A DNA stretch of 64,000 nucleotides from an uncultured delta proteobacterium (GCA_963737905.1 CAVTUQ010000022.1:32001-96000), one strand, 5' to 3'. Numbered from the stretch's first letter, positions 43,650 through 54,058 are shown. Numbers and translations are program-made. The notes: generated by a model not told the origin, from the sequence alone.

Positions 43650-44876
43650 GCCGTCGCGTGGTTGTTACCGGCATGGCCGGTATCAGCCCCATCGGCAACA
43701 ATTGGGCCAGCTATTCGCGCGCGGTTGGGTAGTTATCGCAACGCCGTAATCCGGATGGCGGAGTGGGCCGAGTATGATGGCCTCAACACCCAACTCGGGG
43801 CACCGGCGGCCGAATTTTCGCTCTCCGATCGCTACACGATTAAGACCACCCGTAGCATGGGCAAAGTTGCGTTGATGGCAACTCGCGCCAGCGAGCTGGC
43901 TCTCATTGATGCGGGCCTGCTGGATGATCCTGTGCTGAAGAGTGGTTGGCTTGGAATCGCGTATGGCTCGTCCGCCGGCACTCCCAAAGCGATTTGCAAC
44001 TTTGGTAAAATGATCGGCGAAAAAAGTACTAAAGGAATCAATGCCACCACTTATATCAAAATGATGGGGCACACCGCACCCGTGAATGTCGGTGTATTTC
44101 TCGGCGTGACCGGGCGCATTATTCCAACTTCCAGCGCGTGTACCTCGGGCAGCCAAGGTATCGGCTTTGCCTATGAAACAATCCGTGGCGGCTATCAACG
44201 AGCCATGATCGCTGGTGGCGCGGAAGAACTGTGTGTTACCGAGGCCGCAGTATTCGATACACTTTTCGCTACCAGCGTGCGTAATGACGCCGCTGACACA
44301 ACGCCCCGCCCGTTCGATGCCGAGCGCGATGGGTTAGTGATCGGTGAGGGTGCCGCTAGCCTGATTCTGGAGGAGTTGGAGCACGCCCGTGCTCGCGGTG
44401 CGACCATCTATGCAGAAATCGTTGGCTTTGGAACCAACAGCGATGGCTGTCACGTGACCCACCCCAATGCCGAGACCATGAAGATAGCGATGGAGCTGGC
44501 GCTGGCCGATGCCGACTTGGCGCCTTCGGCAATTGGTTACGTTAACGCCCATGGCACCGGCACTCAATACGGCGACATTGCGGAATCACAGGCCACCGCG
44601 AACGTGTTTGGAGGCAACATCCCCATCAGTTCACTGAAAAGTTACATGGGCCACACGCTTGGCGCTTGTGGGGCGCTAGAAGCATGGATCAGCATTGAAA
44701 TGATGCGCGAGGGCTGGTTTGCGCCCACCATTAACCTGGCTCGGATAGACCCCGAATGCGCCGAACTGGACTACATTACGACGGAAGGTCGTGAATTGCA
44801 GTGTGAATATGTCATGTCCAACAACTTTGCATTTGGCGGTATTAACACATCACTCATTTTTAAAGGATGTCCGTAG
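43646..44876 (+). CDS. Beta-ketoacyl-ACP synthase (FabF/ApeR-like; frameshift near 43705)
   Basis: MSRRVVVTGM start; SACTSG, NAHGTGT, GHTLGACG, NNFAFGG. Confidence 0.93.
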
Positions 44877-44921
44877 CCATGTTCACCGAAGGAATTTCAA
44901 CCTTGGATAGGGAGTGATAAA

Positions 44922-45372
44922 ATGAAAGAACTTTACCCTTTCGATAACAGTTCTGAGTGTATTGCTGGCCGGGACATGGCCGGCTTATGCGCGCGACACT
45001 CAGCATTTTCTGCCCATCGCCGCCGCCATGGCAACCAAAGACGCGGACGAAAAGCTTGAAGGTTCGGTGAAATTCTTCTTTGGGAAGCAGGAATACCCGA
45101 AGGTTTTGACAAAGCTCGGAAGTGACGTATCCAACCGCAAGACCAATGCGTTTGGCAAGTCCGACGAAAAGGCCTGCAACTGGGCTTTCCTGTCAGCGAT
45201 GATTGCACTGGAGAGGCGTGCTAAGCAACTCGGCGCCAATGCCGTTGTGAATATCGTCAGCTACTATCGCAAGGTTGAGATGTCGAGCACGACGGATTTT
45301 GAGTGCCATGCGGGCGCCGTCATCGCGGGAGTTGCGCTTAAGGGTGACTTTGTCAAAATTGACGAACAATAA
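44922..45372 (+). CDS. Small secreted YbjQ-like protein commonly found with aryl-polyene clusters (frameshift in the signal peptide)
   Basis: RBS GGAG; NRKTNAFGKSDEKACNWAFLSA..GANAVVNIVSYY..FECHAG. Confidence 0.78.
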
Positions 45373-46135
45373 AGTCGACATTCCGTCTGTTACCTTTTGG
45401 TTACTGGACGGGAACCTCGTGCACGAAAATGATATAGGATTTTTCGAGCAGCAATTGGGTGCTGGCGAAGGCCTGCGGTATACCGGTTTCAAACGGAGGG
45501 AGCGCAAACGCCAGTTTTTACTTGGGCGTATGCTGCTGAGATTCGCCGTTTCCAACCTCCTGTCTATACCGCCCGATTCGCTTGGTGTCGTCGAGCGTAC
45601 CTGCAATGTGCCGCAGCTTGTGTTTCCCGATTCACAGAGGCGGCAACCGAGGTTTAGCCTATCCCACAGCCGTGAATGGGTGGCCTGTGTGGTCAGTTTC
45701 AGTATCCACCTTGGGGTTGATATCGAAGTGAACGATCCAACCCGGAACGTCCTAGGTATCAGCGAATTTGCATTTCACCCGAATGAACATCGTTGGCTTT
45801 TGCCGCAGGTCGGGGCTGCGCGCCTGTCGGCATTTTATCAGCTCTGGTGCGCAAGGGAGGCGTTATATAAACTCATGTCCAATCTAGGTCATGAGACAGT
45901 TTTGTTGCCGCTGGTGGATGTGAATGGTGTGTTTGCGTCGCGAGGCCCGGGTTGGCACTGCTACACCTTGCCCCATTCTCTCCTGATGGTTACCGTTTGT
46001 AGTGATCGGCCATTGTCAGCACTCTACAGGGTCGAACTCCCGAGGCTTACTCCCGCAGATTGGCTAGCGGCAGAGCGAGTTTCGATCAACTCGCGCAACA
46101 TTGGCAGGCTACCGATTTATTGTCTTAGTTTCTAA
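45359..46135 (+). CDS. Sfp-type 4'-phosphopantetheinyl transferase (start approximate)
   Basis: FSLSHS, LGVDIE, WCAREALYK. Confidence 0.88.
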   Translation: MTNNKVDIPSVTFWLLDGNLVHENDIGFFEQQLGAGEGLRYTGFKRRERKRQFLLGRMLLRFAVSNLLSIPPDSLGVVERTCNVPQLVFPDSQRRQPRFSLSHSREWVACVVSFSIHLGVDIEVNDPTRNVLGISEFAFHPNEHRWLLPQVGAARLSAFYQLWCAREALYKLMSNLGHETVLLPLVDVNGVFASRGPGWHCYTLPHSLLMVTVCSDRPLSALYRVELPRLTPADWLAAERVSINSRNIGRLPIYCLSF

Positions 46136-46236
46136 AGAGCATTTGACATTGCCCCAGGATCAAACCGAGAACGTTGTAAGATACCAACACATAAATATCG
46201 CTGTTGACCTCAAGCCACCTTCAAAAGGTTGAAATT

Positions 46237-46284
46237 TCACAGAACCCGCAGCGCCCCCTCTTTCATCTCCTGTGCTTGTGCGGT
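46237..46284 (-). pseudogene. 3'-end remnant paralogous to the small gene at 49059-49292
   Basis: Reads TAQAQEMKEGALRVL-stop; 35/41 nt identical to 49059-49099. Confidence 0.65.
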
Positions 46285-46308
46285 ATCCAGCATCCACATC
46301 TCTTATCC

Positions 46309-47367
46309 CTACTTTAGGCTTTGTGGTAGTGCTCTTATTACGACCTTACGGTCTGCAATAGAACCTAAGGGCTGGGCCTCCCAGTGTTCGACTTGAAATG
46401 TTAAGTAGGGCTCAAAAAGGACATTGGCTACTTCAGTTAGCGATTGGACAGCTTGTTCGGCTGTAGTAGGGTTGGTGTCCTTGATAAACTGCACCAAACC
46501 TTGCGCTTTTTTGAGCTGCGCATCCCAACCTCGTCGCAAATACCATTCGGTTAATTGATCGATTAGTAGCGAATCACTCGACTCTAGCGCAACGCGCAAG
46601 TAGCGAGAGATTATGTCAGAAGGTGGTAAAGGTTCGTCCGTAAATCTATTCTCGGTGATCGCACGCTTCACTTCGCTCTTCCTGGCAGCATCGGGCGAGT
46701 AGCCCAGCTTACGCAGATACGGATACATGATCCAGTGCTGAATCGAATCGTATAGGTCATCGTCAATCCATTGCGAAAGATTGCGCTCTATTCCATTGAA
46801 CTCTATGGTCGGAAAACCGGCAGCTTTGAGCTTTAAGTGAGCGAGCTGATGGACAATTATTTCTTCGTTTAAGTCTCCATGTGCCTGGTGGCATTCTATT
46901 GTTGGTGTCCCGTCAGGGGTGATCAATCCGGTCGCATGGCGGTCCATGTCTTGAGACCATTGATCACGTACCCGTTTCTTGAATGTCTGTTCTACCTCAG
47001 ATAGTAGCTTTAAACCGTTCGGGCGGAGCTCAATTTCACACAGTCTTCCTTTCGTTTCAGATGCATTACCTACGCAGCTTACATTAGTTGGGTCGGACTC
47101 TCCGGCAGCATTGAAAGCTGTTACTACATAACAGGTTCTAGACGAAGGGCTCTTGTCTGTGTAAGTTGTAACGTTGGCGCGAACTTCAGCTATCTTTGTC
47201 TTTCCTTTAGGCGTTACTCTGTAAATCCTGAATCCCATTTCGTTATCGCTGGTGTCTTCCCAGTGTAGTTTAATGCTATGCGACTTTTTCGTTGCTTGCT
47301 GCGCTTCGGCAAGTTTGACACTAGTCAGAAGTAGGATGGTGAGTAGCCAGACGGTCTTTCTGTTCAT
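46309..47367 (-). CDS. Secreted fibronectin type III domain protein with a C-terminal HQxxH domain
   Basis: Signal peptide; LHWEDTSDNEMGFRIYR..YTD..YVVTAFNAAGES; IIVHQLAH. Confidence 0.8.
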   Translation of the reverse strand: MNRKTVWLLTILLLTSVKLAEAQQATKKSHSIKLHWEDTSDNEMGFRIYRVTPKGKTKIAEVRANVTTYTDKSPSSRTCYVVTAFNAAGESDPTNVSCVGNASETKGRLCEIELRPNGLKLLSEVEQTFKKRVRDQWSQDMDRHATGLITPDGTPTIECHQAHGDLNEEIIVHQLAHLKLKAAGFPTIEFNGIERNLSQWIDDDLYDSIQHWIMYPYLRKLGYSPDAARKSEVKRAITENRFTDEPLPPSDIISRYLRVALESSDSLLIDQLTEWYLRRGWDAQLKKAQGLVQFIKDTNPTTAEQAVQSLTEVANVLFEPYLTFQVEHWEAQPLGSIADRKVVIRALPQSLK

Positions 47368-47429
47368 GGGCCTCTTTGCAGTTTAGCCACAACACTCCGT
47401 GAATAGCGAGAAACCGGGGTAGTTGTAGA

Positions 47430-48779
47430 GGATCTTCCGACCGGAACTATCGGGTAAATTCCTGTTACTGTGTCGGTAGTAACTCCTAAAATGGTGTTGC
47501 GATGGCAACATCAAGGAGACGAGTACGGCGGTTATGGGACACGTATGCATTCGGTGGGTTTCGAGTACAGCCCACGGTGCGAGGAGTTTTCGGTGATCCG
47601 AAGGCTCGGGTTGTTAGCCTCGTACGACGGTCAAAAAAACGGTATGCGGCAGCTGCGCCAGGGTGCAGAGTGGCTGGTACGACCGAAGGGTTCGTCAGGT
47701 TCGGGACCTGTCGTGCGGGGATACGCGGGTGTATGTGGAGTTCGAGGTTCGGCGAGTGGATTGCCGAAGCTGCAGGCAAAGTGAAGCGGGAGCGGCTGGA
47801 GTTTTTGGCGGACAATCCGTTTTACACCAAGCGGTTTGCCTACTATGTGGGGCGGCGTTGCCGCGCGGCGACGATCAAGGACGTAGCCAAAGAACTGAAG
47901 CTTAACTGGCACACGGTCAAAGAGCTGGACAAGCAGTACCTGAAGGCGCAGCTCTCTCGTAGCGGGTAAGCCCAAGCCGAAGGTCATCGGAGTTGACGAG
48001 GTATCGATTCGCAGAGGTCACACTTATCGGATTGTGGTGAGTGACTTGGAGACGGGGCCGCCCGATCTGGTTTGGCGGCAAAGACCGTTCGGAGGAAAGC
48101 TTGAGAGAGTTCTTTAATGCGTTGGGAAAGCCACAGAGCGCCCGGATTCGCTTGGCGGTGATGGACATGTGGAAGCCGTTTCGAAACGCCACTGAGGCAT
48201 CCGCGCCGCAAGCGGCCATTCTGTACGACAAGTTTCATGTGATGCGCCATTTGGGCGAGGCGCTGGATCGAGTTAGAAAAAGCGAGTACGGCCGGCTTGT
48301 AGGCAAAGACAGAGGCTTCATCAAGGGGCAGAAGTACACGCTTTTGTCGCGCCGCCAAAACCTTACCCTTAAAGGCCGTCAAGCGCTCAAGACCTTGCTG
48401 AGTGCCAACAAGCGACTCAACACCGCCTACCTGCTCAAGGAGTCCTTCGGTCAGCTGTGGAGCTACGAGCGGGAAGGCTGGGCAAGGCGCTTCTTTGAGA
48501 ACTGGAAGGCGTCGCTCAAATGGCAGCGGCTTAGGCCCTATGAGAAATTTGCGCAGATGATCGAGAAGCATTGGGATGGTATCGCCGCTTACAGCAGACC
48601 GGAAAACAAAGTCTCCCTGGGATTCGTCGAAGGGTTGAACAACAAGATTCGCGTCATCCAAAGGCGAGCCTACGGACTGAGAGACGAAGAGTATCTGCGG
48701 CTCAAAATCCTTACTTCTATGTTGCCGGAGCTGTGAAAACATCAAATTTTACCCACTCGACTTCACGAAAAAAAGAGCC
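47430..48779 (+). mobile_element. ISL3-family insertion sequence
   Basis: Imperfect terminal inverted repeats GGATCTTC..GGGTAAATT / GGCTCTT..GGGTAAAATT; no target-site duplication found. Confidence 0.85.
47502..48736 (+). CDS. ISL3 transposase (slippery A7 at 47633 plus additional frameshifts)
   Basis: Zinc finger CGSC..CRSC, IGVDE, MDMWKPF, YDKFHV, EGLNNKIRVIQRRAYG. Confidence 0.92.
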
Positions 48780-49058
48780 GCTGACTTTGTTGTAGGAATG
48801 CGTTTATGCTTACAAATTCAATGATGAACAATGCGTTCTTGGGTACATTTGGTAACTGGGCCTCTCTTTGCTTTCACCCTGGGCAAGGTTTATATCCAGC
48901 CCTCTATGAAACAGCCTTCCATCCATCACTTCCTCCATTTCGATTGATCGATTCTATTTTCCAGGGGTTTTTAATCCTTTAACGTATCAAAAGCACAGTT
49001 TTAATCGGTGTTTAAAAAGATTCCCGCCCAACTTCCCGAGCACCTGGTCATAGTGCTA

Positions 49059-49292
49059 TCACAGAACCCGTAGCGCCCCTTCTCCCATCTCCATTGCTTA
49101 CCCCGTGGATTTGTCGAACCGTGATTGGAAATCAGCCCCTCCATGTTCCCAAGCCATGTTGATAGCGGATCGCATATTGTCAGCTCGGAGGATGAACTTT
49201 GACGGCCTGCGGTCGTCATGGGTGCGGAAGCTTACGATGTAGACCTTAGCCGCAGCGGGCGGAAAATAGCGGAAAAACTGAGGGGAGGGCAA
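49059..49292 (-). pseudogene. Small hypothetical gene with a premature TAA at 49098-49100
   Basis: Frame continues after the TAA as AMEMGEGALRVL-stop; the paralog remnant at 46237 has CAA at that codon. Confidence 0.55.
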
Positions 49293-49448
49293 GGCCCCTT
49301 AGGAAATGGTCGGCCGCGCCGCCGATGGGCCGTTTAACCACCGTTGGGATTTTCATCAAACAGAAAAGACGATTGACATCCCACCGGTCCGGCGAATAGC
49401 TCAGGCCAGAAAAAAAGCTGGGTTAAAATTCCTATACAGCACTCCGCT

Positions 49449-49673
49449 ATGTCGACCAGGAACGTTCTCGACAACTTCCTTCGGGAAGTTCACGAGGTGC
49501 ACTTCAAGGAGTTCGAAGATGATGTCGTGCGCAGACATCATCTCTTGAACGGGCCAGAAGTTGAAAGGGAAGCCGGGACCACGCTGTCGAGAATTTCTGA
49601 AGGGTATCGGGCTCACCTGCCGGCGTTCGATCGGGAACAGGACAAGGAGCTGAAAAGCAAGGGCAGGAACTGA
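49449..49673 (+). CDS. Small hypothetical protein
   Basis: 74-aa ORF, no motif recognised. Confidence 0.35.
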   Translation: MSTRNVLDNFLREVHEVHFKEFEDDVVRRHHLLNGPEVEREAGTTLSRISEGYRAHLPAFDREQDKELKSKGRN

Positions 49674-49974
49674 AAAGGACCCGGGGAAGTAACGCCCCCG
49701 TTCCACGCGCCCCGTTCAGCAGGCAGAGGATCTGAATTATCCGCGTTCCAGCGATTAGTTATTTTCTTGACGCACCATCCCGCCAGTGATATTGGCTCTT
49801 TTCGCGAAAAGGCGTCTTTAACCCCGACTGCGTCAGGGAGGGAGCGAAATAGCGTTTTTCCGATGAAGCTGAAGATCCGGTGAAGGACACCTCTAACGTC
49901 TTAGATGTGTGTCGCTGCTCGGGCGAGTCCGGGCATTGCGGTGCATTTCAAATAGTCAAGAGGAGGATAAAATC

Positions 49975-50817
49975 GTGAAGACGTTAGCAAGAACCGCTTT
50001 TGTTACCTTCTTTTTGTTGGCGGCATGTGTTTTTTGTACCAGCGCCGAGTGCTCAATTAGTCAAACGTAATCCTTGGTGCAGCGAGGGACCAGACTTTGA
50101 TAGCAAGACAAAAACGGCACTAATTGATCGCTTTGAACGAAAGGCGGGTGAAGTACCATTTGCGGATCAGTTCGTTTCAATTTCTGGGATCGGCCGTTTG
50201 AAGGTTTGCAAACGGAACTTCTCGTGGGTGGTCGGTTGAAGTTGCTGGCTGTATTCTTGAGGGTTTTATAAAGAGCCCGGAGCCAAGCTTGCCGGGCGGT
50301 TTCTCTGTTGTGCAACACCCGGAGCGCACCTTCTTTACTTCTCAAATATGGTGCAAGGGAACCTTCCCGCCGGGGGAATATGAGATATGGGCTCTGCTTC
50401 GGTTTCCCAACCCCGCAGAAGCGGGACTTAACATAGGTCCAAAGCTCTATAGCTTTAGCGAGCGCGGAGTCCCTTTCGATCAGCCCGTCCTCTTTACCAC
50501 CCCTGCGCCGGAGTTCACTTGGATACACCTGAAAAACCTTATCTACGATGCAGAGGTTTCGCCGCCAGCGATCTTCCAGGCCTCTTCAGGGCTGTTCATC
50601 AAAAGCGATTCCGGGCAGGAGTTCGGTTGTCTCATTTGTTAGGATCCCTAACGGCAAAGCGCCGGAAGCCGGTGAACTAGACTGCCCGAATGTGAGTACG
50701 AACGCGCCGATATCCGTAGTCGTCACGCCGCAGAGATTTGTTGCTACCTTTGTTTGGACTTTCCAGGGTGGGAAAATACTCAGCGGCCGCCTTGTTTACG
50801 TCACCGCCATGGTCTAG
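49975..50817 (+). CDS. Secreted hypothetical protein, multiply frameshifted
   Basis: Strong RBS AGGAGG, GTG start, signal-like MKTLARTAFVTFFLLAA; colinear ORF pieces 50000, 50289 and 50548. Confidence 0.55.
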
Positions 50818-50933
50818 CCTGGCGCGCGCCTTACAATTTGTTCAATAATCAGATCCCTCATAAAACCTCCTTCAGTTTTTCTGACTTTTGATTTGCTTTT
50901 CGCTCACGTTGCCAACGCCTTCGGGACCTCGCA

Positions 50934-50956
50934 AATTGATAAACGAATTGATAAAC
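50934..50956 (+). repeat. Tandem 11-bp direct repeat AATTGATAAAC
   Basis: Copies at 50934-50944 and 50946-50956, 40 nt upstream of tRNA-Ser. Confidence 0.7.
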
Positions 50957-50996
50957 AGAGTGGGAGGGCATCTCGCAAATAGCTGAAAACATTATC

Positions 50997-51085
50997 GGAG
51001 GGGTGGGTGAGCGGTTGAAACCACCGGTCTTGAAAACCGGCGTCCACTCCGTGGACCGCGAGTTCGAATCTCGCCCCCTCCGCCA
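50997..51085 (+). tRNA. tRNA-Ser(TGA)
   Basis: Acceptor GGAGGGG/CCCCTCC-GCCA, anticodon arm CCGGT-CTTGAAA-ACCGG, long variable arm, TTCGAATC. Confidence 0.97.
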
Positions 51086-51201
51086 ACCCAGGGGTGAGTT
51101 TATCATATTCTTTGCCCATGGGCTTGTCTAAAGGGTGCCACTTCGGCAGTGATTTTAGCGACGGAATCGCGCAGCCAAAAACTGGAGGTTGAACCGTAGG
51201 C

Positions 51202-52305
51202 ATGGCTATTTTGAAGGTCCAGGGTCTGATCAAAACGTTCAAAGACGTCCAAGCCCTGGACAACGTCAGTTTCGAATTCGAAAAAGGTATTCTTTCCTTC
51301 TTGGGGCCCTCCGGCTGCGGCAAGACGACGCTTCTCAGATCTATCGCTGGCCTTGAAGTCCCGGATGCCGGTTCGATTTCCATCGCAGACAAAGTTCAAA
51401 CCTCCGTTGAAGATGGCATCCTGGTTCCTCCCTACGCCAGGGAAATCGGGTTTGTGTTTCAGAACTACGCCCTCTGGCCCCATATGACGGTGTACAGCAA
51501 TGTTGCGTTCGGGCTCAAGCTACGAAAACTGGGAACGCAAGAGATCAAACGAAAAGCTCTTGGGTCGTTGGAGCTGGTAGGTTTGCAAGGTCGGGAAGAC
51601 CGCTATCCATCGCAATTGAGCGGCGGCCAGCAACAGCGGGTCGCCTTGGCTCGAAGCCTGGCCTTGGAGCCGCGGCTGATTTTACTGGACGAGCCGTTGA
51701 GCAACCTCGACGCCAAGCTGCGCGAAGAAATGAGAGTCGAACTTCGGAAGCTGATTAAGAAAGTCGGGATCAGTGCCCTCTACGTTACCCATGATCAGGA
51801 AGAAGCGTTCACGATTTCCGACGCCGTCATCGTGATGGAAGGCGGCAAAATCCTTCAATACGCTGCACCGGAGGATATTTACAACCATCCGACACATTCT
51901 TTCGTCGCTTCTTTCATCGGGCACGCGATGCTTATGGATGCGAACATAGTCAACGTGCAGGGCAGCGACTGTCTAGTATCGGTTCCGGATTTCAACGGCG
52001 CGACACTTGTCTTGGCGGCGCCGAAACGGGGGGCGGCGGGTGATGCCTGTAAAATGGTTATTCGAACGACTGAAATCAGGCTCAGCAATGAGAAATTTCC
52101 GGAAGGTACGGAGAATGTTCTGGAAGGCTTGATGACCAGCCGAGAGCATAGAGGCGGACTGACGGATCATCGCGTCCAAGTTGGCTCGAAGGAAATCGTC
52201 GTGACGTCCCATAGGCTCTGCCCCTTGATACGATTCAACGGTGAGGGCGGAAAGACATTCTTATCGATCGACAAGTCTGCCATCAGCCTTATCGTTGACC
52301 CGTGA
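51202..52305 (+). CDS. ABC transporter ATP-binding protein (FbpC/PotA-like)
   Basis: GPSGCGKTT, LSGGQQQRVALAR, LLDEPLSNLDAKLR, YVTHDQEEA. Confidence 0.95.
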   Translation: MAILKVQGLIKTFKDVQALDNVSFEFEKGILSFLGPSGCGKTTLLRSIAGLEVPDAGSISIADKVQTSVEDGILVPPYAREIGFVFQNYALWPHMTVYSNVAFGLKLRKLGTQEIKRKALGSLELVGLQGREDRYPSQLSGGQQQRVALARSLALEPRLILLDEPLSNLDAKLREEMRVELRKLIKKVGISALYVTHDQEEAFTISDAVIVMEGGKILQYAAPEDIYNHPTHSFVASFIGHAMLMDANIVNVQGSDCLVSVPDFNGATLVLAAPKRGAAGDACKMVIRTTEIRLSNEKFPEGTENVLEGLMTSREHRGGLTDHRVQVGSKEIVVTSHRLCPLIRFNGEGGKTFLSIDKSAISLIVDP

Positions 52306-52402
52306 GAATCCAGTCCCCGGTCCAACCGCTTGTCTAAAGCTTCAAGGAGTAAAAGCCACGGCCAACTGGAAATCAATCAAACTCGCTTACCGCCAGGGCA
52401 CG

Positions 52403-54058
52403 ATGGTGCCTTTGCTGGCGAGCGTCCTTGCCGGCACGGCGATCATCACGCCCATCATCATTGTTTTGTTGAGGAGCCTCACCACAGGCAAGTTGGGCGC
52501 CTCTGTCGGTCTCACATTGGCCAATTACTTCAGAGTGTTCGGCGACCGAGATATTTTGCCGATGCTCAACAATTCCATTATTTATGCGGCGGGGTCGGCG
52601 GCCCTGGGTACTGGCCTCGGGGCGTTGCTTGCCTGGATTGTCGCGCGAACCAATACACCGGGGAAGGCGCTGGTCGAGCTCCTGCCGCTCTATCCGATCT
52701 TGATGCCGCCGATTATGAAAAACATCGCCTGGATCCTGCTCCTGGCGCCGAAGTCGGGAATTCTCAACAATTTGCTTCATGAATATCTAGGAATTGAGAC
52801 ACTGATTTTCAATGCCTTCAGCATGGCAGGCATGGTTTGGGTATTCGGTCTGGCGTGCGTGCCGTTGGGTTATCTTTTTCTCCTTCCGGTTTTTCTGTCC
52901 TTTGATCCATCACTGGAGGAGAGCGCCTACATCGCCGGCAGCCGGCCGCTCCGTACCACACTGCGCATCACGTTCCCGCTCGCAGTACCGGCATTTCTGT
53001 CGGCCTTCGTGCTTAATTTTCTCCGCGGTTTACGATCGTTTGAAACCCCGGTACTTCAGGGAACGCCGGGAAATATCAACGTCTTCGTCAGCAGGGTCTA
53101 CGACTCGATGGCGTTGGAATTCAATACCGGTCTGGCGACCGCCTACAGCGTAGTCTTGGTCGTGCTGTCGGTCATTACGTTGATCTTCTATGTGCGTGCG
53201 ACGCGGTTTTCCGAGCGCTATGCAACAATCACCGGGAAGGGCTACAGAGTCAAAGTCTTGGATATCGGTGCATGGAAGTACATTACTTTCTTAGCGGTGT
53301 TCCTGTACTTCTTGGTAGGCATCGCCATACCGTTTGCGGTGTTGATCGTTGTATCGATGATCCCTTATTTCGACTACGAGACCTTTATGAAGTTTCCTTC
53401 GAACATGGTTTTGTCCAATTACGCTAAGGTGATGAGGCATCCGAGTTTTGTCACCGGGCTCTACAACTCCTTGGTCCTATCCATCATCATCGCTTTGTCC
53501 ACGGTACTCACGGGAATCGTTATGGCGTTCACGATTTACAGGACAAGAACTTACGGTGCGAAGATCTTCGAGTTCGTCGGGACTTTGCCGCTGGCGTTTC
53601 CGCCGTTGGTGCTTTCCGTGGGACTTGTTATCGTCTTTTTGGGCACGCCTTTGTACAATAGTTTTTGGGCCCTGGGTCTCGGCCTCTTCGTCGCTTACTT
53701 TCCGTATGCTTTCAGAAACGCTTCCGGATCGATCGTTAACATACACAAGGAACTTGATGAGGCGGCGTGGGTGCATGGCGCCCGGTGGCGGCACGTTTTC
53801 TTCAAAATCACTTTACCTATTTTGAAACCCTCCGTGGGCGGCGCCCTCTTCTATATTTTTATCGAGGCGATCCGAAACGTCGACGTGGCTGTGTTGCTAA
53901 CGTCACCGGGACATGAGTACGGACCGGTGACACTGTTCGAATATTTCAGAGTGGGACAATGGGCTGAAGCAGCGGCAGGGGGAGTGATTTATTTGATTAT
54001 TTTGATCGTCGCCGTGTCGGTTGCCAAGTTTGCATTCAATTTGAAGTTCAGCTTGTGA
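52403..54058 (+). CDS. ABC transporter permease (FbpB-like, two TM domains; start uncertain)
   Basis: EAA motifs DPSLEESAYIAG and ELDEAAWVHGA. Confidence 0.92.
   Translation: MVPLLASVLAGTAIITPIIIVLLRSLTTGKLGASVGLTLANYFRVFGDRDILPMLNNSIIYAAGSAALGTGLGALLAWIVARTNTPGKALVELLPLYPILMPPIMKNIAWILLLAPKSGILNNLLHEYLGIETLIFNAFSMAGMVWVFGLACVPLGYLFLLPVFLSFDPSLEESAYIAGSRPLRTTLRITFPLAVPAFLSAFVLNFLRGLRSFETPVLQGTPGNINVFVSRVYDSMALEFNTGLATAYSVVLVVLSVITLIFYVRATRFSERYATITGKGYRVKVLDIGAWKYITFLAVFLYFLVGIAIPFAVLIVVSMIPYFDYETFMKFPSNMVLSNYAKVMRHPSFVTGLYNSLVLSIIIALSTVLTGIVMAFTIYRTRTYGAKIFEFVGTLPLAFPPLVLSVGLVIVFLGTPLYNSFWALGLGLFVAYFPYAFRNASGSIVNIHKELDEAAWVHGARWRHVFFKITLPILKPSVGGALFYIFIEAIRNVDVAVLLTSPGHEYGPVTLFEYFRVGQWAEAAAGGVIYLIILIVAVSVAKFAFNLKFSL

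Noticed and set aside
44922-45372. DNA-repair (excinuclease ATPase) function often attached to this family name
   Set aside because: Small secreted protein with no Walker motifs; the label appears to be a misannotation
47422-48787. Target-site duplication of the ISL3 element
   Set aside because: The 8-bp flanks GTTGTAGA and GCTGACTT do not match
50904-51392. ORFs overlapping tRNA-Ser(TGA) (50858-51106, 50904-51392, 51103-51483)
   Set aside because: Antisense to the tRNA and the ABC ATPase gene; spurious
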